In this document: positions 43,536-52,948 of the stretch, piece by piece
How positions within the stretch are numbered: position 1 is the first letter of the stretch
How the letters are laid out: every line of letters starts with the position of its first letter
From: Rikenellaceae bacterium
GTDB lineage: Bacteria > Bacteroidota > Bacteroidia > Bacteroidales > Rikenellaceae
Length of the DNA: 64,000 nucleotides
Assembly: GCA_047178725.1 (NCBI GenBank)
Contig: JBCQTD010000007.1
Coordinates: 4,903-68,902 of the forward strand
Direction of reading: 5' to 3'
Notes under the pieces: generated by a model
Seen by the model: the letters and a program-made list of their open reading frames with translations, nothing else
Told to the model about the DNA's origin: nothing
Databases searched by the model: none
Position numbers and translations under genes: made by a program

Positions 43536-44546
43536 ATGCTAGAAAAAGAGCAAGAATCAACAGCAAGCACTACTCCGACTAGAGAGTCGGAGTACTACGC
43601 AAGGCCTCGCCAATTTCGTATTGTGCGCAGGTTGCTCGTTGGCTTTATACTTATCTCGATAATAAATCTAATATTCTCATATCTATTTTACACCCCTAAA
43701 ATCTATATGCTTGATCGCGAAAACCACGCTGTGATAGACAAATACAATATCTTAAGAGAGAAGGTTCGAGTGCACGAGGCGAAGCTAGATGAGATAGCCC
43801 ACCGCGACAACCATGTATACCGCTCGCTTTTTGGCGTGGACACCTTGCCGCTTTGGCATGGAGAGGGAGAGGTTGTGATAAACAAAGCGCAACGCGAAGC
43901 TCTGCCCAACGAGCCATACGCTGCGATAATGGATAGAACATGGATAAACTTAGATCGTCTAGCGATGAATATCTACCGATTGTCCACCTCGCTAGATGAG
44001 CTTCAGGTGCTAGCCAAAAACAAAGAGGCTCTCTCGACCGCAATTCCAGCTCTTTGGCCTATCGACAAGACTCTGCTAAGGTATGGTATCGGAGCATATG
44101 GCATGCGTTTCCACCCAATATATAAGCGAAATATCATGCACCACGGCATTGACCTTGCATGCCCGACGGGCAGCCCAATCTACGCCACGGGCGATGGCAT
44201 AGTTGAAAAGAGTGTACAGGGATACAAATATCGCGGCTATGGACAGGAGGTGCTAATTGATCACCAATTTGGATATAAGACCCGATATGGCCATATGAGT
44301 AAGCGTCTGGTGGAGAAGGGCGACAAAGTAAAGCGCGGCGATATAATAGGCCTCATAGGTAGCACCGGAGGCTCTACAGGACCTCACCTGCACTATGAGG
44401 TGATAATCAACGGCAAAAGCGTAAATCCGATCAACTACTTCAACCGCAACATGAGCAACGAGGAGTATATCCAAATCATGGAGCAGATGCAGGATACCGA
44501 GTATGAGATTGTGGATCAAGCGATAAATGAAGATAACGAAAATTAG
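43536..44546 (+). CDS. M23 family peptidoglycan endopeptidase
   Basis: TM helix, coiled coil, HHGID, YGHM, STGPHLHYEV. ATG 43536 preferred because the ORF-track TTG lies inside the TAAATTTG -7 box. Confidence 0.92.
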   Translation: MLEKEQESTASTTPTRESEYYARPRQFRIVRRLLVGFILISIINLIFSYLFYTPKIYMLDRENHAVIDKYNILREKVRVHEAKLDEIAHRDNHVYRSLFGVDTLPLWHGEGEVVINKAQREALPNEPYAAIMDRTWINLDRLAMNIYRLSTSLDELQVLAKNKEALSTAIPALWPIDKTLLRYGIGAYGMRFHPIYKRNIMHHGIDLACPTGSPIYATGDGIVEKSVQGYKYRGYGQEVLIDHQFGYKTRYGHMSKRLVEKGDKVKRGDIIGLIGSTGGSTGPHLHYEVIINGKSVNPINYFNRNMSNEEYIQIMEQMQDTEYEIVDQAINEDNEN

Positions 44547-44549
44547 AGT

Positions 44550-45482
44550 ATGAGAAGAGGCAGAGAGAACCATTCGCAACCCGCAAATTTAATGCGCTCG
44601 CTACTCCATATACTAGTATGGATTGGCGCTGCCTCGCTCTATTACATAATCTTCTCACTACTATTTGACACTCCGGCCGAGCATGCGGTTCGCAAAAGCA
44701 CATATCGCCTAAAAGATGAATATGAGGTACTCTCGGCACGCTACGACTCGTTGACGATGGCAATGGAGAGCCTCACCGCTCGCGATAGGAATATCTTTCA
44801 GATCATGTTTGACTCAAACCCATACGATCTAAGCTCGCAGCGCACCAGCGAACGCCTTGCCGAGTATGAATATCTACTATCGCTCCCCTCGAAGGCTCTA
44901 GGCATGGAGTTTGACTCGCGCCTGGCATCGCTAGAGAAGAGCACCGGCGAGCTCTATAAAAGAAGCCTCTCGATGGTAGAAAAAATAGAGGCAAAGGGGA
45001 GTGCAAGCAGGAAGATACCTGCCATTCAGCCAATCATTAACGACAAGCTCACCCTTCTGACTGCATCATATGGAATGCGCATCCACCCATTCTACAAAAC
45101 CCTCGTCTCGCACCAAGGGGTAGACTACACCGTGCCCGAGGGAACTCGTATCTTCGCCACGGCCGACGGCGTGGTGAAGAGCGTTGTCCTCTCGCACTCA
45201 ACCCTAGGCAAAAATATGGTCATCGACCACGGCAACGGCTATCAGACCGCCTTTACAAATATGGGGCGAATAAACATACCCGCAGGCAGGAGCGTTAAGC
45301 GAGGCGATATTATAGGACTGACGGGAAACACCGGCTTCTCGATCACCCCCCACCTGCACTACGAGGTGCGATATAACGAGGCGCGAGTAGACCCCATTCA
45401 CTACTTCTTCATGGAGCTTACCCCGGGCGATTATCAGAGAATGATAAGGATAGCACAATCAGGAATGCAATCATTTGACTAA
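44550..45482 (+). CDS. M23 family peptidase paralog
   Basis: HQGVD, PHLHYEV, same architecture as the upstream gene. Confidence 0.9.
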   Translation: MRRGRENHSQPANLMRSLLHILVWIGAASLYYIIFSLLFDTPAEHAVRKSTYRLKDEYEVLSARYDSLTMAMESLTARDRNIFQIMFDSNPYDLSSQRTSERLAEYEYLLSLPSKALGMEFDSRLASLEKSTGELYKRSLSMVEKIEAKGSASRKIPAIQPIINDKLTLLTASYGMRIHPFYKTLVSHQGVDYTVPEGTRIFATADGVVKSVVLSHSTLGKNMVIDHGNGYQTAFTNMGRINIPAGRSVKRGDIIGLTGNTGFSITPHLHYEVRYNEARVDPIHYFFMELTPGDYQRMIRIAQSGMQSFD

Positions 45483-45498
45483 ACAATTTACAATATAT

Positions 45499-46056
45499 AT
45501 GCAGACAAAACTACTACTTTTAGATTTCGATGGAACACTAGTCGACACACGCCAGGCAAACTACCGCGCCTATCGCGATGTGCTCGCGGAGATCCGTTTT
45601 GAGTTAGACGAGGCGGAGTATCTTCGCGACTTCTTTGGCATGAGATGTGGTGAATTTCTACGCCGTCTAGGTTTCACCGACTCATACGAGATTGACCGCA
45701 TGCGCCGCCGCAAGATAGAGATCTATCCCGAGCATTTCAACACCGTGGTGCTCAACGAGTGGCTTTGGGGGTTTGCTCAAGATTTCCGCCGCAATGGCGG
45801 TAAGGTGTGGATAGTATCCACCGGGCAAACCGTCAATATCAAGAATGTTATGCATCACTTAGGGCTCGAAAGCGAGATTGATGGTCTGATTACGGGCGCT
45901 GATGTCAAAGATAGCAAACCCTCACCCGAGTGCTTCCTAAAAGCTATGGCGGCCGAGATGGTTAAACCCGAAGAGGCTATTATATTTGAGGACTCGGTCG
46001 TTGGCCTTGAGGCTGCACTCAAGAGCGGCGCTCCATTTGTTAAAGTAAAATTCTAA
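45499..46056 (+). CDS. HAD-superfamily phosphatase (beta-PGM-like)
   Basis: DFDGTLVDT, ST, KPSP, FEDS motifs. Confidence 0.9.
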   Translation: MQTKLLLLDFDGTLVDTRQANYRAYRDVLAEIRFELDEAEYLRDFFGMRCGEFLRRLGFTDSYEIDRMRRRKIEIYPEHFNTVVLNEWLWGFAQDFRRNGGKVWIVSTGQTVNIKNVMHHLGLESEIDGLITGADVKDSKPSPECFLKAMAAEMVKPEEAIIFEDSVVGLEAALKSGAPFVKVKF

Positions 46057-46060
46057 AGAG

Positions 46061-46723
46061 ATGAAAGTAGCAATTATCCTAGCAGGCTGTGGAGCACAAG
46101 ATGGCTCCGAGATCCACGAGTCGACACTTCTACTCTATGCACTTAGCTCGGCGGGTGTAGAGTATGATATCTTCGCTCCAAATCGCGAGCAGGCCGATGT
46201 TATGAACTTCATTGAGGGCAACACTATGGCCGAGAAGCGCAATGTTTTAGTTGAATCGGCGCGTATTGCTCGTGGTGCCATACGCCAGATCACAGCTCTT
46301 GATGTTAACCTATATGATGGATTGATGCTACCCGGAGGCTTTGGCGCGGCAAAGAACCTTTTTACATTCGCCTTTGATGGGATAGAATTCTCAATCAAAG
46401 AGGATATACTAAAGATTGTTAACGACTTTCACTCTCAGGGCAAGGTGATAGGCGCCATGTGCATCGCGCCGCTTATGATCGCCAAGGCTTTAGGTCGCTA
46501 TGGCGTAGAGGTGACACTAGGCGCCGAGAGCGATCTCTGCGCTGCCGCACGCGAGGCGTTTGGAGCCAAGATAAGCACTTGCGCCCCTGATGGAGTGGTA
46601 GTTGACATAGAGAATAAGATCATCACCACCCCAGCATACATGTATGGTGATAACAGCGTGGCAGGAGTTGGAGCTGGTGCCCAGGCGCTAGTTGCGGAGG
46701 CTATAAAGTTAATGGCTCTCTAA
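46061..46723 (+). CDS. elbB: ElbB/ES1 glyoxalase (DJ-1/PfpI superfamily)
   Basis: GCGAQDGSEIHE, ESARIARG, PGGFGAAKNL, CIAP, TTPAYM. Confidence 0.93.
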   Translation: MKVAIILAGCGAQDGSEIHESTLLLYALSSAGVEYDIFAPNREQADVMNFIEGNTMAEKRNVLVESARIARGAIRQITALDVNLYDGLMLPGGFGAAKNLFTFAFDGIEFSIKEDILKIVNDFHSQGKVIGAMCIAPLMIAKALGRYGVEVTLGAESDLCAAAREAFGAKISTCAPDGVVVDIENKIITTPAYMYGDNSVAGVGAGAQALVAEAIKLMAL

Positions 46724-49546
46724 TCCGCAGATAGCTTTATAATCACAATAGGCGCATGTGTGGCTCTTGTCCTCGCACTGCACAAAAGGAGTTGATCGAT
46801 CAAACAGTTCGGTCAACTTCTCTTTTATATACCCCTCAAACTCCTCAGCATAGAGGCTATAGGCCTCAACGTTAGCCTTTCGACTGCGATCAACAAGCAG
46901 AGGTGAATAGTCATCACGATGCATAGCCCTCACATAGTAGAGCGATGGCAAAACCTCTCTATCTCGCCGCTTGTTGAGGATCATCGAGTAGAGCATGGTT
47001 TGTATGATATTCGACTGGCGCGCCTTGCCGTCGCCATTAAATAGATCCTCGATGCTGCTGAAGTCGGTATGCATAGCGCCACTCTTATAATCCACAACTC
47101 GCAGCTTACCGCCATCAAGAGTATCTAATCTATCCACAACACCACCCACGACAACCCTCTCTCCACTTGCGAGCTCAATAGGCAGATCTACACTGCTCTC
47201 TAGCGCTTCAACCACAAAGCCCCCGTTTTTGCTATCATAATTTAGCACTCCATTTTTGATGTATTTACAAACAATCTCCTTGATAAGCAGCAAATTACCA
47301 GAGTAGTCGTCCACTGCCGTGTCTCGCCCCTTAAGATAGTGTTCGCCGATGGCTGCCTCAACCGCACCCTCGACCTTGATCTTTAGAGCTGCAAAATCTG
47401 GATTAACAACCCCCACCACAGAATCATAGATACTCTGCAGAGCTGAGTGCAAAATATTACCAAACATCGAAGCATCTAGCTCATCATTAAGCTCATCGCC
47501 ACTTTTAATCTTAGCCAATGAGTAGAAGTAGAATCTCAGCGGGCAGGCGATATATCGAAAGAGTGCCGTGGGCGAGATCGCTTGGGGCGAGTCGAGATCA
47601 GTAAAGCGCGCTAGCTGCTTGGCAACCTCGCCCCGCTTCTGCACAACAATCTCTCGCCGCTCGGCGAGCGAGACATCTACACCCACCGAGGATCTTAAAA
47701 TCTTAAAATCGGTCTCATAATCTAGCTGATATATATATCTGCTAGCCTCGCCCGTGCTCTTTTCGTCGGCATGCGAGCTATAGATCATCCACACCCTCTC
47801 GGCTCGCTGAATAAGTCGATAGAAGTAGTAGCCAAAGACACCCTCATGGTGCTCGGGTGTTGGCAGAGAGTATGCCGCACGCAACCCCTGAGGGATATAG
47901 GAGTGCTGCCAGGTGCGATTGCCAGGGAAGTTGTCGTCGTTCATCGAGAGCAGAATTACATTTTTAAAGTCGAGATTTCTAGTCTCTAGAATACCCATAA
48001 CCTGCACACCCTCCAGCGGCTCACCCTCGTATGGTATACGCAGCGACTGTAGATATCGCCTAAGGAGCGAGTAGTAGATCTCATCGCTGAGCTCAATCTC
48101 ACAACTAAGAAGCGACTCCCGCAGCGAGGCGATCTCGTCGGCCATGTAGACCAAAAATTCAACAATCTCGTCACCCGTGGAGATATCCCTAGGCAGCTTT
48201 AAAACAGAGTCTATAACCGAGATAAGATAATCGGTTATTGATTGCCACCCGGCTCTCGCAACAAAAATCTCGCTATAGATCTCGCTTCGACCAAGAAGTG
48301 AGCCATCCACATATATCATCCTCTGGCCTACGATCTCATCTACAAGCTGAGTGGATAATCCTGCCGCTGCGCTATGTAGATAGGGGTGCGAGATAAGCCC
48401 CACAACATCCTCATGATAGAACTGCACACTCCCCGAACGCGACAGCCTACGGTGCTTTTGCAGCTCGACGAGCCGCTCAAGAAACGAATAGGCAAGCGAC
48501 AAGCGCAGAGGGTAGCCCATCGTAACATTCACCCCACCTATACTCTTAGGCAGAGCATATAATAGGGGAGTGAGCAAATTCTCGTCGGTGAGTACTATCG
48601 CCGTCTGCTTATCTATCTTCTCGCTTTGAGCTAGCTCCGAGATTATCGTCTCTACATATCTGCACTGTAGAGCATTCGATGCTGTAGCGATGGAGTATAT
48701 CGTTTTATCGCGTAGAAAATTATCGCAACTGATCTTGCCGCTAGGCGGAAATCTAAAGATATTATCACGAATAAACATGCCAGCCTCCTGCTCGCGATTC
48801 TCAACATAGTAGTTATCGTAATCCCAATAAAACTCCGCCCTGGCCTCAGATTTAAGGTGGTCGAAAAGCTTTGTCTCGCACTTAGATAGGGCATTAAACC
48901 CTGCCGCCACATAACCATAGGTAGCATCAATAGAGGCCTCGTCAGAGGCCAAGCGCTCCACCGCCAGGCGATGCACCATGCCGGCATAGCCAAAGCCCAA
49001 ATCGAGTAACCTCGCGCGATATTCATGATAGATATCCGCTAGCGATGACCATATAGAGATAAATTTCGACTGCTCGCCAGAGAGCGTTTTGCCGGTATGA
49101 AAAGTACCCCAAAATTTATTTATGATCTCTATCTGCTCGGTGGTTAAATATGACAGATCTGCCTCCAGCTCCTTAATATCAGCAACATTTGCAAACAGCA
49201 TCTTAGCATCGACCATATATTTATCTATCATATCAAAGTCGGCCAGCAGTACCTCTCCCCAGAAGTAGAAGCGATCAAAGCTCTCAGCATGATATTTTGA
49301 GTAGACTTTATACAACTCGGCGATAAGCCTAACTCTCTCGCCTACATATATGCCAGCCCCCTCCTGCATCATCTCATCAATAGTGCGATAACGAGGCTGC
49401 CATAGAGGGCGCGAGAGAAGACCCGCTAGAGCATCCTGAAAAAAGAGGCGCGCACGCCTAGATGGAAAGATGATATTTAGATTAGAGACGCCATCTCCAT
49501 GACGCTCATATAGCTCCGCGGCGAGCTCGGAAAGAAAACTACTCAT
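46709..49546 (-). CDS. AddB-like PD-(D/E)XK nuclease subunit
   Basis: FPSRRARLF, QVMGILETR.LDF, SPT...YIACP, GVVDRLD..VVDYKSG, C-terminal CAYCDYKAIC Fe-S ligands. Confidence 0.88.
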   Translation of the reverse strand: MSSFLSELAAELYERHGDGVSNLNIIFPSRRARLFFQDALAGLLSRPLWQPRYRTIDEMMQEGAGIYVGERVRLIAELYKVYSKYHAESFDRFYFWGEVLLADFDMIDKYMVDAKMLFANVADIKELEADLSYLTTEQIEIINKFWGTFHTGKTLSGEQSKFISIWSSLADIYHEYRARLLDLGFGYAGMVHRLAVERLASDEASIDATYGYVAAGFNALSKCETKLFDHLKSEARAEFYWDYDNYYVENREQEAGMFIRDNIFRFPPSGKISCDNFLRDKTIYSIATASNALQCRYVETIISELAQSEKIDKQTAIVLTDENLLTPLLYALPKSIGGVNVTMGYPLRLSLAYSFLERLVELQKHRRLSRSGSVQFYHEDVVGLISHPYLHSAAAGLSTQLVDEIVGQRMIYVDGSLLGRSEIYSEIFVARAGWQSITDYLISVIDSVLKLPRDISTGDEIVEFLVYMADEIASLRESLLSCEIELSDEIYYSLLRRYLQSLRIPYEGEPLEGVQVMGILETRNLDFKNVILLSMNDDNFPGNRTWQHSYIPQGLRAAYSLPTPEHHEGVFGYYFYRLIQRAERVWMIYSSHADEKSTGEASRYIYQLDYETDFKILRSSVGVDVSLAERREIVVQKRGEVAKQLARFTDLDSPQAISPTALFRYIACPLRFYFYSLAKIKSGDELNDELDASMFGNILHSALQSIYDSVVGVVNPDFAALKIKVEGAVEAAIGEHYLKGRDTAVDDYSGNLLLIKEIVCKYIKNGVLNYDSKNGGFVVEALESSVDLPIELASGERVVVGGVVDRLDTLDGGKLRVVDYKSGAMHTDFSSIEDLFNGDGKARQSNIIQTMLYSMILNKRRDREVLPSLYYVRAMHRDDYSPLLVDRSRKANVEAYSLYAEEFEGYIKEKLTELFDRSTPFVQCEDKSHTCAYCDYKAICGLESH

Positions 49547-49622
49547 ATAGATCACTATTTAAGAGGACAAGATAGCGAAAAAGAGCGAGCTATCAAAAGA
49601 GATTAATAATTTTTATTGTTGA

Positions 49623-49773
49623 GAATCTGTTTAAATTTTATTCATCTTTTTTGTTAAGGATCTTTCACTTATACAATCCGTTACATAGTCCCGCTATGCG
49701 CCTCTTGTAAAAAAAAGAAAATATAAGCAAAATCTCTCTTAACAAAATTAGCGAACAAAACTTAAACAGATTC
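49623..49773 (-). mobile_element. MITE-like fold-back element, family B copy 2 (151 bp, TGA target duplication)
   Basis: TIR GAATCTGTTTAA / TTAAACAGATTC flanked on both sides by TGA; ends match 7685-7845, interior diverged. Confidence 0.8.
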
Positions 49774-49798
49774 TGAAAATTTTATCTATTTTTGCTCT

Positions 49799-52700
49799 AT
49801 GAGAGCAACCATATATAACGCCAGCGCCGGCTCTGGCAAAACCTACCGCCTGGCATATAGATATGTAAAGGAGATAATATCCTCTCCTCGCTCTTATCGC
49901 CACATCCTCGCTGTGACCTTCACAAACAAGGCAACAGAGCAGATGCGCACGCGCATCCTCAGCGAGATACACACCCTAGCCTCGGGCGCCGAGAGCGGCT
50001 ACACTAAGGATCTCATGGCCGAGCTAGAGCTAGATGAGCCGACAATACGAGAGAGAGCCCGCGAGGCTCGCGCGCTGATTCTGCACAACTATTCGCGATT
50101 TACAGTACTCACAATCGACACCTTTTTTCAGCGCATCCTACGCGCCTTTATCCAGGAGCTGGGCATAGAGCTGGGCTATAATATTGAGCTAGAGAGTAGC
50201 ACTATATTAGAGAAGAGCGCCGACGAGCTGATAGAGGAGATTACAACCGACGATGAGCTTAGAGGGTGGCTAATGGGATTTATCGAGGAGAGAATAGAGG
50301 ATGGCAAAAAGTGGGATATTCGCGAGGGAGTATTGACCCTTTCGGGGGAGCTATTTAAGGAGTCGAACCGCGAGAGCCTCAAAAATTCACACACCAAAGA
50401 GGAGCTCAGCGCCATACTTAGACGAATAGAGAGCCAGAGAGCCGCGGAGATATCGGCATACAGATCGCTTGCGACAAAAGCGATAGAAATCATGGCAAAT
50501 GCAGGAGTTTCGCCGACAGATTTCAGCGGCAAGAGCAACTCCTTTGCCAGGATATTCTCCGATGGCGCTAAGGGCGAGATCAAAGAGCCCACAAAAAGCT
50601 GCCGGGCAAAGAGAGAGAGCAGCGACAAATGGGCTGCAAAAGGCTCTGCCGCCGCCTCGATTGCCGAGCCGCTGCGGGGGATATTATCAGAGATGATAGA
50701 GATATATGATAGCTGCCACAGAAGCTGGAACACCACTCAACTGCTAAAGGAGAATTATCGTGGGTTTGCGCTCCTCTCGGATCTAAACACGAAGCTGCAA
50801 CAGATGTGCAGCCAGGAGAATATGATGCTCATATCGGAGACCAAGCTTATCCTCTCGGAGTTTATCAAGGGCAACGATGCCCCTTTTATATATGAAAAGG
50901 TGGGCAACCGTTACGACAAATTTATGATCGACGAGTTTCAAGATACATCACTCAAGGAGTGGGACAATTTTCTACCGCTGCTCGAAAACTCCGTGGCTCA
51001 AAGTCAGAAGGATGCCGTTTTGCTCGTGGGCGATGTCAAACAATCTATATACAGATGGCGTGGCGGCGATTGGCGAATACTCCACTCTAAGGCGCCAGAG
51101 GCGCTGGGCAAGGGGTGGACAGAGGTGATAAACATGGATAACAACTATCGCAGTCTGCCGCTAATAGTTGAGTTTAACAATGCTATTATAGAAGGCGTTG
51201 TTGAGATTGAAAATCAGGTACTTAACGACGACGTAAACAGGGCTCGCGAGGAGGGGAAAATAGATCTCGAAGGAGCTTCCGAACTACACGACATGTTAAA
51301 AAAAGCATACCTAGGCCATCGGCAGCATCCGCAGAAAAGAGCTGAGGCTCAGGGTTATGTTGAGCTGCGCACGACGGATGATGAGCCGCCTGTAGTGGAG
51401 TGCATAAAAGAGGTTCTAGATCGCGGCTTCAGCCCCAGCGATATAATGATCTTAACTCGTTCAAAAGCCGAAGGCGTCAAGGTGGCCTCGATGCTTCTCG
51501 AATTTAAGGCCTCAAATAACGATGAGCAATATCAATTCGATGTGATGACCCAAGAGGCTCTGATTATTGGCAATGCCCCTGTGAGTGGCTTTATAATGGC
51601 CGTAATGCGTCTCTCGCTCTCCAACAGAGATGCCATTCAACGTGCCATATACAACAACTTCCTACCACACAAAAACTTTGACAGCCAGCTAGATATTGAG
51701 GAGATAGCCTTCCTTTCGACACTTAGATTACAATCACCCGAAGAGGCCTTTGAGCAGATAGTGATGCGGTATGAGCTGGGCTCTAAGAGCGAGGATATCG
51801 CCTATCTGCAGGCTATACATGAACAGATCATAGCCTACACCACATCGCGAATTGGCGATATATCGCTATTTCTAAAGTGGTGGGACGAAAAGGGAGCCCA
51901 GCGCTCGCTCGCGCTTGAGGCCAGCGGTAGATCTATAGAGATAACCACCATACACAAAGCAAAAGGGCTAGAGAAGAGCGTGGTTATCATACCCTATTGC
52001 AGCTGGTCGATGGAGCCAAAATCAAACAGCAACATCGTGTGGTCGGATGGCTGGGAGGAGCTGGGACGATTCCCCGTAAAATATAAAAAGATCATGGGCG
52101 AGAGTAGCTTTTCGGCCGACTATCTACGCGAGAGGATCTACACGCATATCGACAATGTGAATCTTCTATATGTAGCACTCACCCGAGCCGTTGAGTCGCT
52201 GCATATATTTGTGCCATCCAAGCCACGAAATATCGACAAACTTCTGCTTGAAGCATCACAAAGGGTTGAGGCCATGCGCCAGGAGGATGGCAGGCTATGC
52301 CTAGGCCAGGCGGCACCACCTATAGCAAAACAGAAAAAGAGCCGAAGCGGGGCACAAATCACATTAGAGCACTATCCCAGCTCGCCGTGTGAAATGCGAT
52401 TGCGCCTACCCGCAGCTCGATATAGAGAGGATGCAAAGGGGGAGCTAACCCCTCGCGATATGGGCATTATGATGCACCACGCCTTTGAACAGGCCACAAG
52501 CGAAGAGATGATCTTCGAGCGCCTGGAGCAGATGAGGCAGAGCTCGCTGATATCCCAAACGGAGCACACAGCAATACTCTCCAACCTAAAACGCGCACTC
52601 GAGAACCCCACCATCAAGAGCTGGTTTAGCGATGAGTGGGAGGAGCTCTGCTGCGAGCGGGAGATAATCATGCCATCGCACTACTCTACCAGGCGCCCCG

Positions 52701-52879
52701 ACAGAGTTATGATATCAGGCGAGCGGGCTGTGGTTGTCGATTACAAATTTGGCGAGCTCAACCACAGCAGACATCTTAAGCAGATTAGAGAGTATATGCA
52801 TCTTTTAAAAGAGATGGGCTACCGCGAGGTCTATGCATATCTATGGTATATCAAAACTGGAGAGATAATATCGGTCTAA
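49799..52879 (+). CDS. AddA-like UvrD helicase/nuclease
   Basis: ASAGSGKT, VTFTNKA, IDEFQDT, VGDVKQSIYRWRG, NYRS, TIHKAKGLE, YVALTRA, C-terminal RPDR..VDYK nuclease. Confidence 0.92.
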   Translation: MRATIYNASAGSGKTYRLAYRYVKEIISSPRSYRHILAVTFTNKATEQMRTRILSEIHTLASGAESGYTKDLMAELELDEPTIRERAREARALILHNYSRFTVLTIDTFFQRILRAFIQELGIELGYNIELESSTILEKSADELIEEITTDDELRGWLMGFIEERIEDGKKWDIREGVLTLSGELFKESNRESLKNSHTKEELSAILRRIESQRAAEISAYRSLATKAIEIMANAGVSPTDFSGKSNSFARIFSDGAKGEIKEPTKSCRAKRESSDKWAAKGSAAASIAEPLRGILSEMIEIYDSCHRSWNTTQLLKENYRGFALLSDLNTKLQQMCSQENMMLISETKLILSEFIKGNDAPFIYEKVGNRYDKFMIDEFQDTSLKEWDNFLPLLENSVAQSQKDAVLLVGDVKQSIYRWRGGDWRILHSKAPEALGKGWTEVINMDNNYRSLPLIVEFNNAIIEGVVEIENQVLNDDVNRAREEGKIDLEGASELHDMLKKAYLGHRQHPQKRAEAQGYVELRTTDDEPPVVECIKEVLDRGFSPSDIMILTRSKAEGVKVASMLLEFKASNNDEQYQFDVMTQEALIIGNAPVSGFIMAVMRLSLSNRDAIQRAIYNNFLPHKNFDSQLDIEEIAFLSTLRLQSPEEAFEQIVMRYELGSKSEDIAYLQAIHEQIIAYTTSRIGDISLFLKWWDEKGAQRSLALEASGRSIEITTIHKAKGLEKSVVIIPYCSWSMEPKSNSNIVWSDGWEELGRFPVKYKKIMGESSFSADYLRERIYTHIDNVNLLYVALTRAVESLHIFVPSKPRNIDKLLLEASQRVEAMRQEDGRLCLGQAAPPIAKQKKSRSGAQITLEHYPSSPCEMRLRLPAARYREDAKGELTPRDMGIMMHHAFEQATSEEMIFERLEQMRQSSLISQTEHTAILSNLKRALENPTIKSWFSDEWEELCCEREIIMPSHYSTRRPDRVMISGERAVVVDYKFGELNHSRHLKQIREYMHLLKEMGYREVYAYLWYIKTGEIISV

Positions 52880-52948
52880 ATGGGTATTTTAACCTATTGA
52901 CCAAAGGGGATTATATAACTAACTTTGCACGAAATTTAAATAGAATAT

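Noticed and set aside
46709-49546. PD-(D/E)XK Fe-S nuclease as Cas4 or a defence system
   Set aside because: Full-length AddB-like architecture next to an AddA-like helicase fits housekeeping recombination repair.
50176-50736. 186-aa antisense ORF in the AddA-like gene and other short nested ORFs in the track
   Set aside because: Ser/Leu-rich shadows of the sense-strand codon bias (GAG/ATA/CTA-rich); no motifs or start signals.
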